DNA of 64,000 bases from an uncultured cyanobacterium (lineage in GTDB: Bacteria; Cyanobacteriota; Cyanobacteriia; Phormidesmidales; Phormidesmidaceae), in NCBI GenBank assembly GCA_963793265.1, contig CAWBZI010000007.1, forward strand, positions 1 to 64,000. Direction: 5' to 3'. Within the stretch, counting starts at the first letter, position 1. Each line of letters begins with the position of its first letter. This document shows positions 40,523-49,800 of this stretch, piece after piece. Under the pieces are notes generated by a model. It searched no databases. It saw nothing but the letters and a program-made list of their open reading frames with translations, and was not told the origin of the DNA. The translations under genes were made by a program, and so were the position numbers.

Positions 40523-43501
40523 ATGTTTTCTGTTCAACCTGCTCAGCCGTTAAAAGCGGACTGTAAGGGCACGCGATCGCTGGCGGGTAACGAGGCGCTG
40601 CCGCTTAATACTGCCGGTCAGATTTGGCAGGTTGAGTCGGGGGCGCTGGGCATTTTTAGCGTGGCCCAGGAGAATGGAGAGCCGGTGGGTGCCAGGCACT
40701 ATTTGTTTACGGTGCCAGCCGGTGAGGTGGCGCTAGGACTTGAGTCGGGAAAGGGACGCTATGGGCTAATTGCGATCGCCTTCGAGCCGACCCAGCTACG
40801 TCAGATAACGTGGCAAGCGCCGAGCTGGAAGGAAGAGGCCAGCTCAAAGAACGGGCAGAGCGTGCTTAAAAATGTCTATCATTCTCTGGCCGTACAGCTC
40901 ACAGGATGGTGCGATCATTTCAGCCAGATCAAGGGATTTCCAAAGCCTGCTGCCGCTGTCAGTGTGTTCTCAAGTCACTATCTTTCGCTGAATGATAGCG
41001 ATCGCTACGGCCCTGACGATCAGCTCGTTTGGCTGCGGCTGAGCCGGGGCAAGGCGCTTTGGCTGGGCGATGAGGGAATGCCGATTTTAAGAACGGGTCT
41101 GTTTCCGATGGGCGTGGGTACCTGGATTGAGATTCAAGAGAGTGCGGAGGTAGCGCTGTATAAAGGCGCGACTCGCCAGCGCGCAACTGATTTGGGGCCA
41201 ACTGATATTGAGCTGATGTTTGCAGGTATTGCGCAGTTTCATGCTCACTGTTTGCAGGTGATTCAACAGATTATTACTGAGCAGGCGCAGTCAGACTTGC
41301 AGCATTTTCAGCAGCGGCAGCAGCTCAATCAAAAGAATACGCAGCAAACGCTGCAGGGGCTCGCGTCTTTACTCAAGCCTGAAGACGACAGCTATTTGAC
41401 GGCTGATACGCCTTTGTTGATTGCCGCCGGGGCGGTGGGTAAGTCGCTGGGGGTAAAAATTTCGCCGCCGAGCACTTCGGAGAATATGGCGCAGCTTAAG
41501 GAGCCGTTGGAGGCGATCGCGCGGGCTTCTCAGCTCAGGCTGCGGCAGGTTTTACTGCGGGGCGACTGGTGGAAAAAAGACAGCGGGCCGATGGTGGGCT
41601 ATCTGGTTGAGGAAACTTCAGAAAAAGAGCGCGAGCAGGGTCAGCCGGTGGCGCTGCTGCCAGTGAAAGACAGTCGCTATGAGCTGTTAGATCCGGTGAC
41701 GCTAAAGCGATCGCTAGTAGATAATGCGCTGGCTGAAAAAATAGTGCCGACAGCGCATGTGTTCTACCGGCCCCTGCCAGAAGGCAAGCTGAACGCTTGG
41801 ACGCTGCTGCGGTTCGCTTTTTATGGCCGTCAGCGCGACATGATTATGGTGGGGCTGACCGGCGTAGCGATTTCGCTGCTGGGCATGGCGATTCCGCAGG
41901 CGACGGCGGTGCTAATCGACGATGCGATTCCCTACGGGAGCCGGGGCATTTTGATTCAGATTGGGCTGGCTTTGCTGGCGGTTGCTTTTGGCCGGTCGTG
42001 CTTTCAGTTCGCTCAGGCGATCGCCTCCATGCGAATCGAAACGGCCTCGGATGTAACGCTGCAAGCTGCCGTATGGGATCGCTTGCTGAAGCTGCACACG
42101 TCCTTTTTTCGAGACTATTCAACCGGTGACCTGCAGTCGCGAGTCTCTAGCATTAGCGCGATTCGCAGCAGGCTCAGTGGCACTGCCTTAGACGGGCTAC
42201 TCTCGGGCGTGTTTGCGCTGCTTAACTTAGGACTGTTGTTTTACTACAGTGCCAGGCTAGCGGTATTGGCGCTGTTTGTTGCGTTTATTGTAATGGTGGT
42301 GACGGTGGTTTCGGGCGCTATTTTGCTCAAAAAGCAGCGGCCATTGTTGGAGCTAGACGGTCAGCTTTATGGCCTGATGGTGCAGCTGATTAACGGCGTT
42401 TCTAAGCTGCGAATTGCCGGGGCTGAGCCGCGCGCTTTTGCCCAGTGGGGTGAGAAGTACCGGCAGCAGCTTCAGCTTGATTTAAGCACGCAGCGACTGG
42501 AAGATGCGGTGAGCGTTTTTAACGGGGCGATGCCGACGCTGACGGCGATTGGCCTGTTTGCCCTCTCAAGTACGCTGGTAAATCCGATGCAGGATGCGGG
42601 GTTTACGCCAGGTACGTTTTTGGCCTTTAATGCGGCGTTTGCGCTGTTTATTGGCGGGGCGACGGGGCTGAGCTTGACATTAATTGACGTGCTAACGGTG
42701 TTGCCGCTTTGGCAGCGATCACAGCCCATTTTAGCCGCAATGCCCGAGGTGGATACGCAAAAGTCTGATCCTGGCCGATTGACCGGGCGCATTTGCCTAG
42801 ATCACGTCACCTTTCGCTATCGCGATGATGGCCCGCTGATTTTAGATGACGTGACGGTGGAAGCCTATCCGGGTGAATTTATTGCGCTAGTCGGCCCGTC
42901 TGGTTCTGGCAAATCAACGGTGCTGAGGCTGCTGTTGGGCTTTGAAACGCCGCAGTCGGGCACCGTTTACTACGACAGTCAAGACGTGACAGGCATCGAC
43001 ATTACGGCGGTGAGGCGGCAGCTAGGGGTCGTGCTGCAAAACGGTCGGATCAACGCTGGCTCGATTTTCGAGAATATTTCAGGTGGAGCGTTGATTAACT
43101 TGGATGATGCTTGGAAGGCTGCTGAGATGGCAGGCTTTGCTGAAGATGTGCGTGGTTTTCCGATGCAGATGCATACGGTTATTAGTGAAGGCGGGACTAA
43201 TCTTTCAGGCGGGCAGCGGCAGCGGCTGGTGATTGCGCGGGCGCTGGCGCTCAACCCTAAGATTTTGCTATTAGATGAGGCGACGAGCGCGCTTGATAAT
43301 CGGACGCAGGCGATTGTAAGTGAGAGCTTAGATCGGCTCAATGTGACGCGGATTGTAGTAGCTCATCGGCTGAGCACGATTCGCAATGCGGATCGGATTT
43401 ATGTGATCAAAGCAGGGCGAGTTGTGCAGCAGGGGAGCTTTGAGGAGCTGGCGGGGCAGGCGGGGGTGTTTGCTGAGCTGACTAAGCGGCAGATGGCGTG
43501 A
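40523..43501 (+). CDS. NHLP-family ABC exporter, permease/ATPase partner subunit
   Basis: Degenerate N-terminal domains, LEAIARAS...WWKKDSGP, GPSGSGKST, LSGGQRQRL, DEATSALDNRTQ. Confidence 0.93.
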   Translation: MFSVQPAQPLKADCKGTRSLAGNEALPLNTAGQIWQVESGALGIFSVAQENGEPVGARHYLFTVPAGEVALGLESGKGRYGLIAIAFEPTQLRQITWQAPSWKEEASSKNGQSVLKNVYHSLAVQLTGWCDHFSQIKGFPKPAAAVSVFSSHYLSLNDSDRYGPDDQLVWLRLSRGKALWLGDEGMPILRTGLFPMGVGTWIEIQESAEVALYKGATRQRATDLGPTDIELMFAGIAQFHAHCLQVIQQIITEQAQSDLQHFQQRQQLNQKNTQQTLQGLASLLKPEDDSYLTADTPLLIAAGAVGKSLGVKISPPSTSENMAQLKEPLEAIARASQLRLRQVLLRGDWWKKDSGPMVGYLVEETSEKEREQGQPVALLPVKDSRYELLDPVTLKRSLVDNALAEKIVPTAHVFYRPLPEGKLNAWTLLRFAFYGRQRDMIMVGLTGVAISLLGMAIPQATAVLIDDAIPYGSRGILIQIGLALLAVAFGRSCFQFAQAIASMRIETASDVTLQAAVWDRLLKLHTSFFRDYSTGDLQSRVSSISAIRSRLSGTALDGLLSGVFALLNLGLLFYYSARLAVLALFVAFIVMVVTVVSGAILLKKQRPLLELDGQLYGLMVQLINGVSKLRIAGAEPRAFAQWGEKYRQQLQLDLSTQRLEDAVSVFNGAMPTLTAIGLFALSSTLVNPMQDAGFTPGTFLAFNAAFALFIGGATGLSLTLIDVLTVLPLWQRSQPILAAMPEVDTQKSDPGRLTGRICLDHVTFRYRDDGPLILDDVTVEAYPGEFIALVGPSGSGKSTVLRLLLGFETPQSGTVYYDSQDVTGIDITAVRRQLGVVLQNGRINAGSIFENISGGALINLDDAWKAAEMAGFAEDVRGFPMQMHTVISEGGTNLSGGQRQRLVIARALALNPKILLLDEATSALDNRTQAIVSESLDRLNVTRIVVAHRLSTIRNADRIYVIKAGRVVQQGSFEELAGQAGVFAELTKRQMA

Positions 43502-43617
43502 TTTGTTGTAGAGGATCTTCTCTCATAATCCCTAAGCAAACCCTTATGTGTTTATCATCTATGCCACTGCTGTGACGGCGATACTGCTCATATGCACCAC
43601 TCAAACAAAGAGGTCGT

Positions 43618-44079
43618 ATGAAAATGCAGCTCATGGCGAAACTTGGAATATCTGGTTTGGTTGTTGCGATCGCCACCATCGCCTATCAACCCATCCTTCA
43701 AGCCCAAAATCAGACTCAGAAAAGCCCGCTTGCATCTACGCAGCTTGTCTCTCAGAACGCATTAAAAAGCGCAGCCTTTGTCGGTGAGGCTCATCCTGCG
43801 ACGGGCTCGGCCAAAATTGTTGAAGATAACGGTCAGCGCTATCTAGAGTTTGACGCGGCGTTTCGTACGGATGCTGGGCCTGATTTGGTTGTACTGCTGC
43901 ATAAAGAAGCCGTGCCTAGTGACTATGGCCCTGAAAACTACATCAACTTAGGCCAAATTCAGCGAGTAGGCGGGATGCAGCGCTATGCCATTCCGGCTGA
44001 CGCAGATCTGCAGGCGATTCAGTCAGCGGTAGTCTGGTGCCGTGCCTTCGATGTAACGTTTGCTTACGCGACCCTTTAG
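43618..44079 (+). CDS. Secreted DM13 domain protein
   Basis: Signal peptide; HPATGSA, GPDLVVLL, QRYAIP, VVWCRAFDVTFAYATL. Confidence 0.88.
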   Translation: MKMQLMAKLGISGLVVAIATIAYQPILQAQNQTQKSPLASTQLVSQNALKSAAFVGEAHPATGSAKIVEDNGQRYLEFDAAFRTDAGPDLVVLLHKEAVPSDYGPENYINLGQIQRVGGMQRYAIPADADLQAIQSAVVWCRAFDVTFAYATL

Positions 44080-44107
44080 ACCAATATCCGCAGGATCTAA
44101 AGAAATC

Positions 44108-44134
44108 TGTCAGTAAATTCTCATCATTTACTAA
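44108..44134 (+). promoter_or_regulatory. Candidate OmpR/PhoB-type tandem repeats upstream of precursor 1
   Basis: TGTCA (44108), TCTCA (44119), ACTAA (44130) at 11-bp period; TAAAAT at 44138. Confidence 0.35.
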
Positions 44135-44202
44135 GGATAAAATTTTTGAACTCGATACGGTGTTTAAAAGACAACTGTAAACCCTTTAGAAGGTAAAAAT
44201 CC

Positions 44203-44394
44203 ATGGCAGATACATCGAAAGCCGCTAAGCCAGAAGACCAGATTTCAGATGAGCAGCTAGAAGGCGTTGTTGGTGGCAACAAAATTCAAAAAACTCGTCT
44301 GGAGCAGCTAGATACTCGCGACTCTAGCAAGAGCGTTGATAACATCCAAGAGACTCGCTTAGAGCAGCTAGAGAATAACGATTCTAGCAAGTAA
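44203..44394 (+). CDS. Double-glycine leader peptide precursor 1 (25-aa leader, 38-aa repetitive core)
   Basis: ISDEQLEGVVGG leader end; AAGG ribosome-binding site; adjacent to the C39 exporter. Confidence 0.85.
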   Translation: MADTSKAAKPEDQISDEQLEGVVGGNKIQKTRLEQLDTRDSSKSVDNIQETRLEQLENNDSSK

Positions 44395-44441
44395 GCGCTT
44401 GGTTTAAGTAGAGGGCTAAAAGTCTTTTGCTTATAGTCAGC

Positions 44442-44472
44442 AGGTGCTCCAGGCTATGCTCTTGGAGCACCT
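44442..44472 (+). terminator. Hairpin or terminator between the two precursor genes
   Basis: Perfect 10-bp stem AGGTGCTCCA/TGGAGCACCT followed by ATTTGTTTG. Confidence 0.6.
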
Positions 44473-44506
44473 ATTTGTTTGAGGTGTGTGCCACAGGTAT
44501 TTGATA

Positions 44507-44743
44507 ATGGAACAGAACGCTCAAAGTGTTGAAAGAGATCTTGAAAGCAAACAGCTTGAAAGCAAGCAAGGTGCTCAGGTTGATGCAGCAGAAAAGGATG
44601 GGAGCGATCGCATCTCGGATGAACAGCTCGAAGCGGCTGTCGGCGGCGTCAGTGAGCCCAGCGGACGCTTGAAGATCACCAATAATCGAACGGTAGATCG
44701 GCCTGCGGGTGTTGAAAGCGCTGACAGTGTAGGATCGGCGTAG
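44507..44743 (+). CDS. Double-glycine leader peptide precursor 2 (47-aa leader, 31-aa core)
   Basis: ISDEQLEAAVGG matches the precursor 1 leader end. Confidence 0.8.
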   Translation: MEQNAQSVERDLESKQLESKQGAQVDAAEKDGSDRISDEQLEAAVGGVSEPSGRLKITNNRTVDRPAGVESADSVGSA

Positions 44744-44778
44744 CTTTAAAAGAAGATAGAGATCTACAGGTGCCTATC

Positions 44779-45432
44779 ATGGCGAGAGCGCCGCAGTTCT
44801 TGGTGATTGACGATCATGAGGCTATTTTAGCGGGTACGCTGCCTGCGCTACAGCAGCAATATCCGCAGGCCAGTATTGCGACTGCGCAGACTGAACGAGC
44901 TGCAGAAAGGCAGATTGTTCAGCACAACTCTGATTTTATTATTCTGGATTTGATTTTGCCGGAAACTACGTCGGCTCATGCAACGGTTGACACGGGATTG
45001 CGGCTATTGCACAAGCTAATGAACCGCAAGCCAGCGCCCAATATCATGGTGCTAAGCATTAATGTGATGCCGCTGATTCGGCTAAAGGCTGCAATTAACG
45101 TTTATGAGGGCGGTTTTGTTGCGATTGATAAGTCGCTATCGCTTGAAGAGATGCTGCACTTTGTCGATATGGCCCTGAGAGGCTCGGTTTATTTACCGAC
45201 TGCGATTAGGTCGCGCCCGGAGGTAGATATGAAATGGGTACGCGTGCTTCAGCTCAAGTTTCACAAAGGGCTTTCGGATGTGGCGATCGCGCGCGAAATG
45301 GGAATTAGCGATCGCACTGTTCGCAATTACTGGGTTCGCATTCAAGATATGCTCAATGTGTATGAAACGCCAGAGCAAGACACACGCGCTCAGGTTCAGA
45401 TTGCCGCACGGAGGGCTGGTTTAATTAATTAG
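44779..45432 (+). CDS. Response regulator (receiver plus LuxR-like HTH)
   Basis: VIDDHE, IILDLILP, IDKS; GLSDVAIAREMGISDRTVRNYW. Confidence 0.88.
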   Translation: MARAPQFLVIDDHEAILAGTLPALQQQYPQASIATAQTERAAERQIVQHNSDFIILDLILPETTSAHATVDTGLRLLHKLMNRKPAPNIMVLSINVMPLIRLKAAINVYEGGFVAIDKSLSLEEMLHFVDMALRGSVYLPTAIRSRPEVDMKWVRVLQLKFHKGLSDVAIAREMGISDRTVRNYWVRIQDMLNVYETPEQDTRAQVQIAARRAGLIN

Positions 45433-45434
45433 GA

Positions 45435-47384
45435 ATGCGGCAACAGCGCTCTCAACCACCACGTAAAATCTTAACGAAGCGACTGTCTGAATGGAGAGAT
45501 CTAGCGCTGCCGGGTTTGTTGATTATTGGCTTAATTTGCCTGGTTCGCATATCAGGGCTGCTACAGGTTCAAGAATGGATGGTGCTAGACACCTTTTCTC
45601 GTAGCTGCCCGCCCCAAAAGGCTTCAGACAGAATTGCTTTGGTGAGTGTAGATGCCGCTGACTATCAGGCGTTAGGCGAATTCCCGCTCTCTAGCCAAAG
45701 CCTGATGGATGCTTTGGTTACGCTCAAACAATATCAGCCGCGCGTGATTGGGCTGGATATTTATAAAGACTTACCGCTGCTGACGGGCAAAGATGAGCTG
45801 TATCAGCTCGTGACTTCTATGCCCAACGTAGTAACGGTAGAGGTTGCTTTAGACGAAAATACCATGACCGTTTCGCCGCCGCCGGGTGTGCCCCCAGCGC
45901 AGGTTGGTTTTGCAGATATTATGACCGACGCTGATGGAAAAATGCGTCGGATTGCGCTAACAAAGCCTGGCGTTGAGGGGATTAAGTACTCATTGGCTCT
46001 GCAGCTTGTCAGGCAGTATCTTAGGGCAGACGGTGTTTTGTTGCAGCCGGGTCACACTGCTGATGACCCTATTCGGATTGCGGATGTTATGCTCTCGCAA
46101 TTTCGGGCTAATTCGGGCGGCTATGTTCGTGCGGATGCGAGTGGGCACCAGATATTGATGAACTTTTGCATGTTGCAAAGGCCCTACGACACGATCACAT
46201 TACGAGACTTGCTGGCAAGTCGTGACAGCTCGCAACCGCAGGCTGCTTTGTTGGAAACGCTACGCGATCGCATTGTGATTATTGGCAATATTGACACCAG
46301 TGCTAAAGACAGCTTTATTACGGCTGCTGTTCGCGATACTTTGTACTCCGCTCGTATTGGCGGCCTGCCTAAAACAACAAAGCTTATCTATGGCATAGAG
46401 GCACATGCCCATGCGGTTAAACAGATTGTAAGCTCCGTGCTAGATCGCCCCTGTGTGCTTACGACCTGGCCTAATGTTATTGAGTATTTGTGGATTGTTG
46501 TTTGGGGGTTTTTTGGCATATCCCTTAGCGTTTTGCTAATGTCGCCGTGGAAGAGCGTGATTGGATTAGCGATCGCAACCCTGTTTTTATTAGGCGCTGG
46601 CTATATCGCACTCAACCACAATCTATGGATTCCGGTGGTGCCTACAGCAATCGCCCTATGCGGAGCGGGTTTAGTGACAGCTTTCTTTGATCGAGATATG
46701 CGCTTTGAGCTGGTGCAGCAAAAGATAGCGGTAGAGCGAACCTACGAAGCTTTTCACAATGGGCCATTGCAGCGATTAGCGGCTATTTTACGCAGCCTGA
46801 GGAAAGAATCTACGCTATCTAACGAACAACGCCGTCGATTGCAAGAACTCAATATAGAAATGCGAGGCATTTTTGAGAGAATGCGCCAGGATACAAACGC
46901 AGGCTCTAACAGTCTGTATCTCATCGACAACACGGCGCTTGATTTGCAGCAGCCTTTGCCGGTACTGCTTTATCAGGTTTACGAAACAACGCTCAATCAG
47001 AATCTACCTGGATTTTCTAATGTCGAAAGCTACATCTTTCCAAATTTTGAAGATCTTCAGCAGGGACGCTTCAAATTAGAACAAAAGCGCGGGCTTTGTC
47101 TATTTTTACAAGAAGCGCTCATCAATATCGGCAAGTATGGCGCTGGGGCGACGCGCATTGATGTGATCTGTCAGCTAGAGGCAAGGCAATATCGGCTTCA
47201 GATTGTGGACAATGGCCCAGGGCTAGATGACCAGCTCAACAATACAGGGCAGGGAACTCGACAAGCCGTACGCCTAGCCCGTCAGCTTAAGGGGACATTT
47301 CGTCGGGTTTCTGGGGCTAATTTTGATGATAAGGAGGGCGGATTGATGCGCGGAGTTCTGTGTGAAATAATTTGGCCTAAGTAA
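45435..47384 (+). CDS. CHASE2-domain membrane sensor histidine kinase
   Basis: PRVIGLDIY, VGFAD..DADGKMRR, GIEAHA, three TM helices, FHNGPLQ H-box, QEALINIGKY, DNGPG, GQGT. Confidence 0.88.
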   Translation: MRQQRSQPPRKILTKRLSEWRDLALPGLLIIGLICLVRISGLLQVQEWMVLDTFSRSCPPQKASDRIALVSVDAADYQALGEFPLSSQSLMDALVTLKQYQPRVIGLDIYKDLPLLTGKDELYQLVTSMPNVVTVEVALDENTMTVSPPPGVPPAQVGFADIMTDADGKMRRIALTKPGVEGIKYSLALQLVRQYLRADGVLLQPGHTADDPIRIADVMLSQFRANSGGYVRADASGHQILMNFCMLQRPYDTITLRDLLASRDSSQPQAALLETLRDRIVIIGNIDTSAKDSFITAAVRDTLYSARIGGLPKTTKLIYGIEAHAHAVKQIVSSVLDRPCVLTTWPNVIEYLWIVVWGFFGISLSVLLMSPWKSVIGLAIATLFLLGAGYIALNHNLWIPVVPTAIALCGAGLVTAFFDRDMRFELVQQKIAVERTYEAFHNGPLQRLAAILRSLRKESTLSNEQRRRLQELNIEMRGIFERMRQDTNAGSNSLYLIDNTALDLQQPLPVLLYQVYETTLNQNLPGFSNVESYIFPNFEDLQQGRFKLEQKRGLCLFLQEALINIGKYGAGATRIDVICQLEARQYRLQIVDNGPGLDDQLNNTGQGTRQAVRLARQLKGTFRRVSGANFDDKEGGLMRGVLCEIIWPK

Positions 47385-47435
47385 TGGTTTTCTGGTCTAA
47401 CATGTGACGAGCTAGTAAGAATAGGAAATTAAAAC

Positions 47436-47651
47436 ATGGCTTTAGATCAGCTTGAAGCGTTCTTGAAAAAAATGCAGTCTGACCCGGATCTTAAAAGTGA
47501 AGTCGTCGCAGCATCAACTGCGGATGACGTTGCGCGAATAGCGCTAAAGCTCGGTTTTGAATTTTCAGGAGATGAATTACTAAGAATGTCAGGGCGGAAA
47601 GTTGGTAAAGTGACTGTTGTGAAAACAGAAACGCCTGGAGAGTACAACTAA
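47436..47651 (+). CDS. Nif11-like leader-domain small protein
   Basis: QLEAFLKKMQSDPDLK...DDVARIA..LGFEFSGDEL. Confidence 0.85.
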   Translation: MALDQLEAFLKKMQSDPDLKSEVVAASTADDVARIALKLGFEFSGDELLRMSGRKVGKVTVVKTETPGEYN

Positions 47652-49036
47652 CTGCTTTTCCTGGCATTTACAAAGGTACGAACAGACCGCTTAATATCTT
47701 CTTCGGTTGTGGCCCATGAGCAAATGCTGATCCGAATGGCGGCTCTGTCTTTCCAAGTTGTTCCACCTACCCAGCATTCGCCGGATTGTTGAATGTTGGT
47801 CATGGTTATGCGGGTGGCTTCGTCACTGCCTGCGGTGACTAAAACCTGATTGAAAACAATGTCGTTTAGAACTTCAAAACCTTCGTCACCGAGCGCTTCG
47901 CCCATTTGAACTGCTCTTTGGTGTAGTCCGTACACTAATTCATCAACGCCCGCTTTGCCAAGATACTTTAAGGTGGCCCAGAGTTCTATAGCGCGCGATC
48001 GCCTGGACATTTCGGGCGTATACAACATGCCATCTCTGTTCTCGCTGTAGGTCATGTATGGCCCGGAGGTGTGTAGCGCGTGAGTGAGCGCAGCTTTATC
48101 ACGACATAGAATAATGCCGCTGTCGTAGGGCGTGTTGAGGGTTTTATGACCGTCGCCTGACCAAGAGTTTGCTTTTTCGATGCCACAGGTGAGGTGGCGG
48201 AGCCTTTGGGTGCCTGCTGCCCATAGGCCAAACGCGCCGTCTATGTGTGCCCAGGCGTTGGCTTTGTTGGCCTCGGTGCAAAGTTCATCGATTGGATCGA
48301 ATGCGCCTGTGCTGACCTGGCCTGCTTGCAGAATAAGGATGGTGCTGTCGTCTAGCTTGGGCAGGCGAGCGGGGATGATGCGGCCCTGAGCGTCGGTGTC
48401 TGCCCATTCTATGTTGTCGGTGCCGAGGCCAAGAAGTGCGATCGCTTTAACCACGGTGCCGTGCGTCTGTCGGCCTGTAACAACGCTTACCTTCGGCGCG
48501 CCGTTAAGCCCTTGCTTGTTAATATCCCAACCTTTGCTTTGCAAAATTCGGTATCGGGCCGCTGCTAGGCCACAAAAGATTGAGAGAGAAGAGCCGCTGA
48601 CGAAACCAGCTACCGTTTGAGCAGGTAGCCCCAGCAAGTCAATTAGCCAGGTTTCAACAACAGCTTCAAGCGTAGAGGCAATGGGAGACATAGCGTAGAG
48701 CGCTGAGTTTTGATCCCAAAAATCGGATAGCCAGCGGGTGGCTAAGGCAACAGGTAAAACGCCGCCTGTTACGAAGCCAAAGTAGCGGCCTCCGGTGCCT
48801 GCGGTGGTGGCGGGCGCGCCGTATGTGTGCAGGGTTTCTAAAATCTCAGCAGCTTCTCCAACTTCAGCAGGTAAGTCCTCAACAAAAACCGCTAGGTTCG
48901 CAAGCGCTTCATCTGTTGGAAAAACGGGCCGTTCGAGCGCGTCGCCTGCGTAGTCAAAGGCATAGCGCTGGGCCTGGCTGAATACTTCTTTGTGCTTCAT
49001 GTCCTGAAACATCTTTTTCTGAAAGCTATCAACCAT
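47648..49036 (-). CDS. Group II PLP-dependent decarboxylase (aromatic/Glu/cysteine-sulfinate decarboxylase-like)
   Basis: GRYFGFVTGG, WAHIDGAFG, SGDGHKTLNTPYDSG (PLP Lys), PEMSRRSRA. Confidence 0.9.
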   Translation of the reverse strand: MVDSFQKKMFQDMKHKEVFSQAQRYAFDYAGDALERPVFPTDEALANLAVFVEDLPAEVGEAAEILETLHTYGAPATTAGTGGRYFGFVTGGVLPVALATRWLSDFWDQNSALYAMSPIASTLEAVVETWLIDLLGLPAQTVAGFVSGSSLSIFCGLAAARYRILQSKGWDINKQGLNGAPKVSVVTGRQTHGTVVKAIALLGLGTDNIEWADTDAQGRIIPARLPKLDDSTILILQAGQVSTGAFDPIDELCTEANKANAWAHIDGAFGLWAAGTQRLRHLTCGIEKANSWSGDGHKTLNTPYDSGIILCRDKAALTHALHTSGPYMTYSENRDGMLYTPEMSRRSRAIELWATLKYLGKAGVDELVYGLHQRAVQMGEALGDEGFEVLNDIVFNQVLVTAGSDEATRITMTNIQQSGECWVGGTTWKDRAAIRISICSWATTEEDIKRSVRTFVNARKSS

Positions 49037-49067
49037 GCGCTTTGTCCTCTAGCAATCGACTAATATA

Positions 49068-49526
49068 TCATTTGAAATCGCCCGGTCGAGCGGCTATCCA
49101 CTTTTCGTCGGCGAGCTGAATGACCATCAGCCGAGCAGGCTCATCGCCAACCGTGCCGGAGAGATGTCCTTTGTGCCCTTTGCTGTTGGCCCTGGTGTTC
49201 TGATCGCCGCCAAAGGAGATGTCGCCTGGGCCCATTTCTACGCGATCGCCATCCATTGTTTCGACAAACCATCGACCCGACAAAGGCACAATCCACTGCG
49301 GCTTAGGATTTTCGTGCCATTCCCCAACCCAGCCCACAGGCTGCACGGTAAACAACACTTCAGCCTCACCTGTCATCAGGCGATTGTTCCACTGCGGGTC
49401 AGCATCACCCCCCATACTTTCTTTTTGAAACTCGCTCAGTTCGCAGCGGGTTTGATGGCTAACACCGTCATCGTCAGTCCATACGTGCCAATACTTTGTC
49501 GTGGGTTTGTTCTCGGTTTCAGCCAT
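49068..49526 (-). CDS. Cupin domain protein
   Basis: GEWHENPKPQW..GRWFVETMDG..GGDQ..KGHLS. Confidence 0.8.
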   Translation of the reverse strand: MAETENKPTTKYWHVWTDDDGVSHQTRCELSEFQKESMGGDADPQWNNRLMTGEAEVLFTVQPVGWVGEWHENPKPQWIVPLSGRWFVETMDGDRVEMGPGDISFGGDQNTRANSKGHKGHLSGTVGDEPARLMVIQLADEKWIAARPGDFK

Positions 49527-49800
49527 AAGTTCGGACGCTCTAGGTTGCCAGATATCTATGATAGTCATTCTTGTTGCTACTCAAGTAAGCGTGACCCAGC
49601 AGCGAGTGTGGCCGTATCACGAACAAATTGCCGATTTTGGCATCTGTAGACTGAGATTTCGTACTACCAGTATTTACCCTGAGAGCTTCATGAAAACTTA
49701 CTTTTCGTACAAGCTCTCAGAATCTTCACGGGCACAATAAGCACACACCCTTCTTAAGTCTCATTTGCCCCTTCCTTGTGAATTGTACGCCAGCCATTTT

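Noticed and set aside
44648..44670. PatS/PatX-like RGSGR motif in precursor 2 (EPSGR)
   Set aside because: Only SGR matches; the RG(S/T)GR pentapeptide is absent
36621..47651. Lanthipeptide or azole RiPP cluster
   Set aside because: No maturase in the locus and the cores lack Cys; modification in trans cannot be excluded
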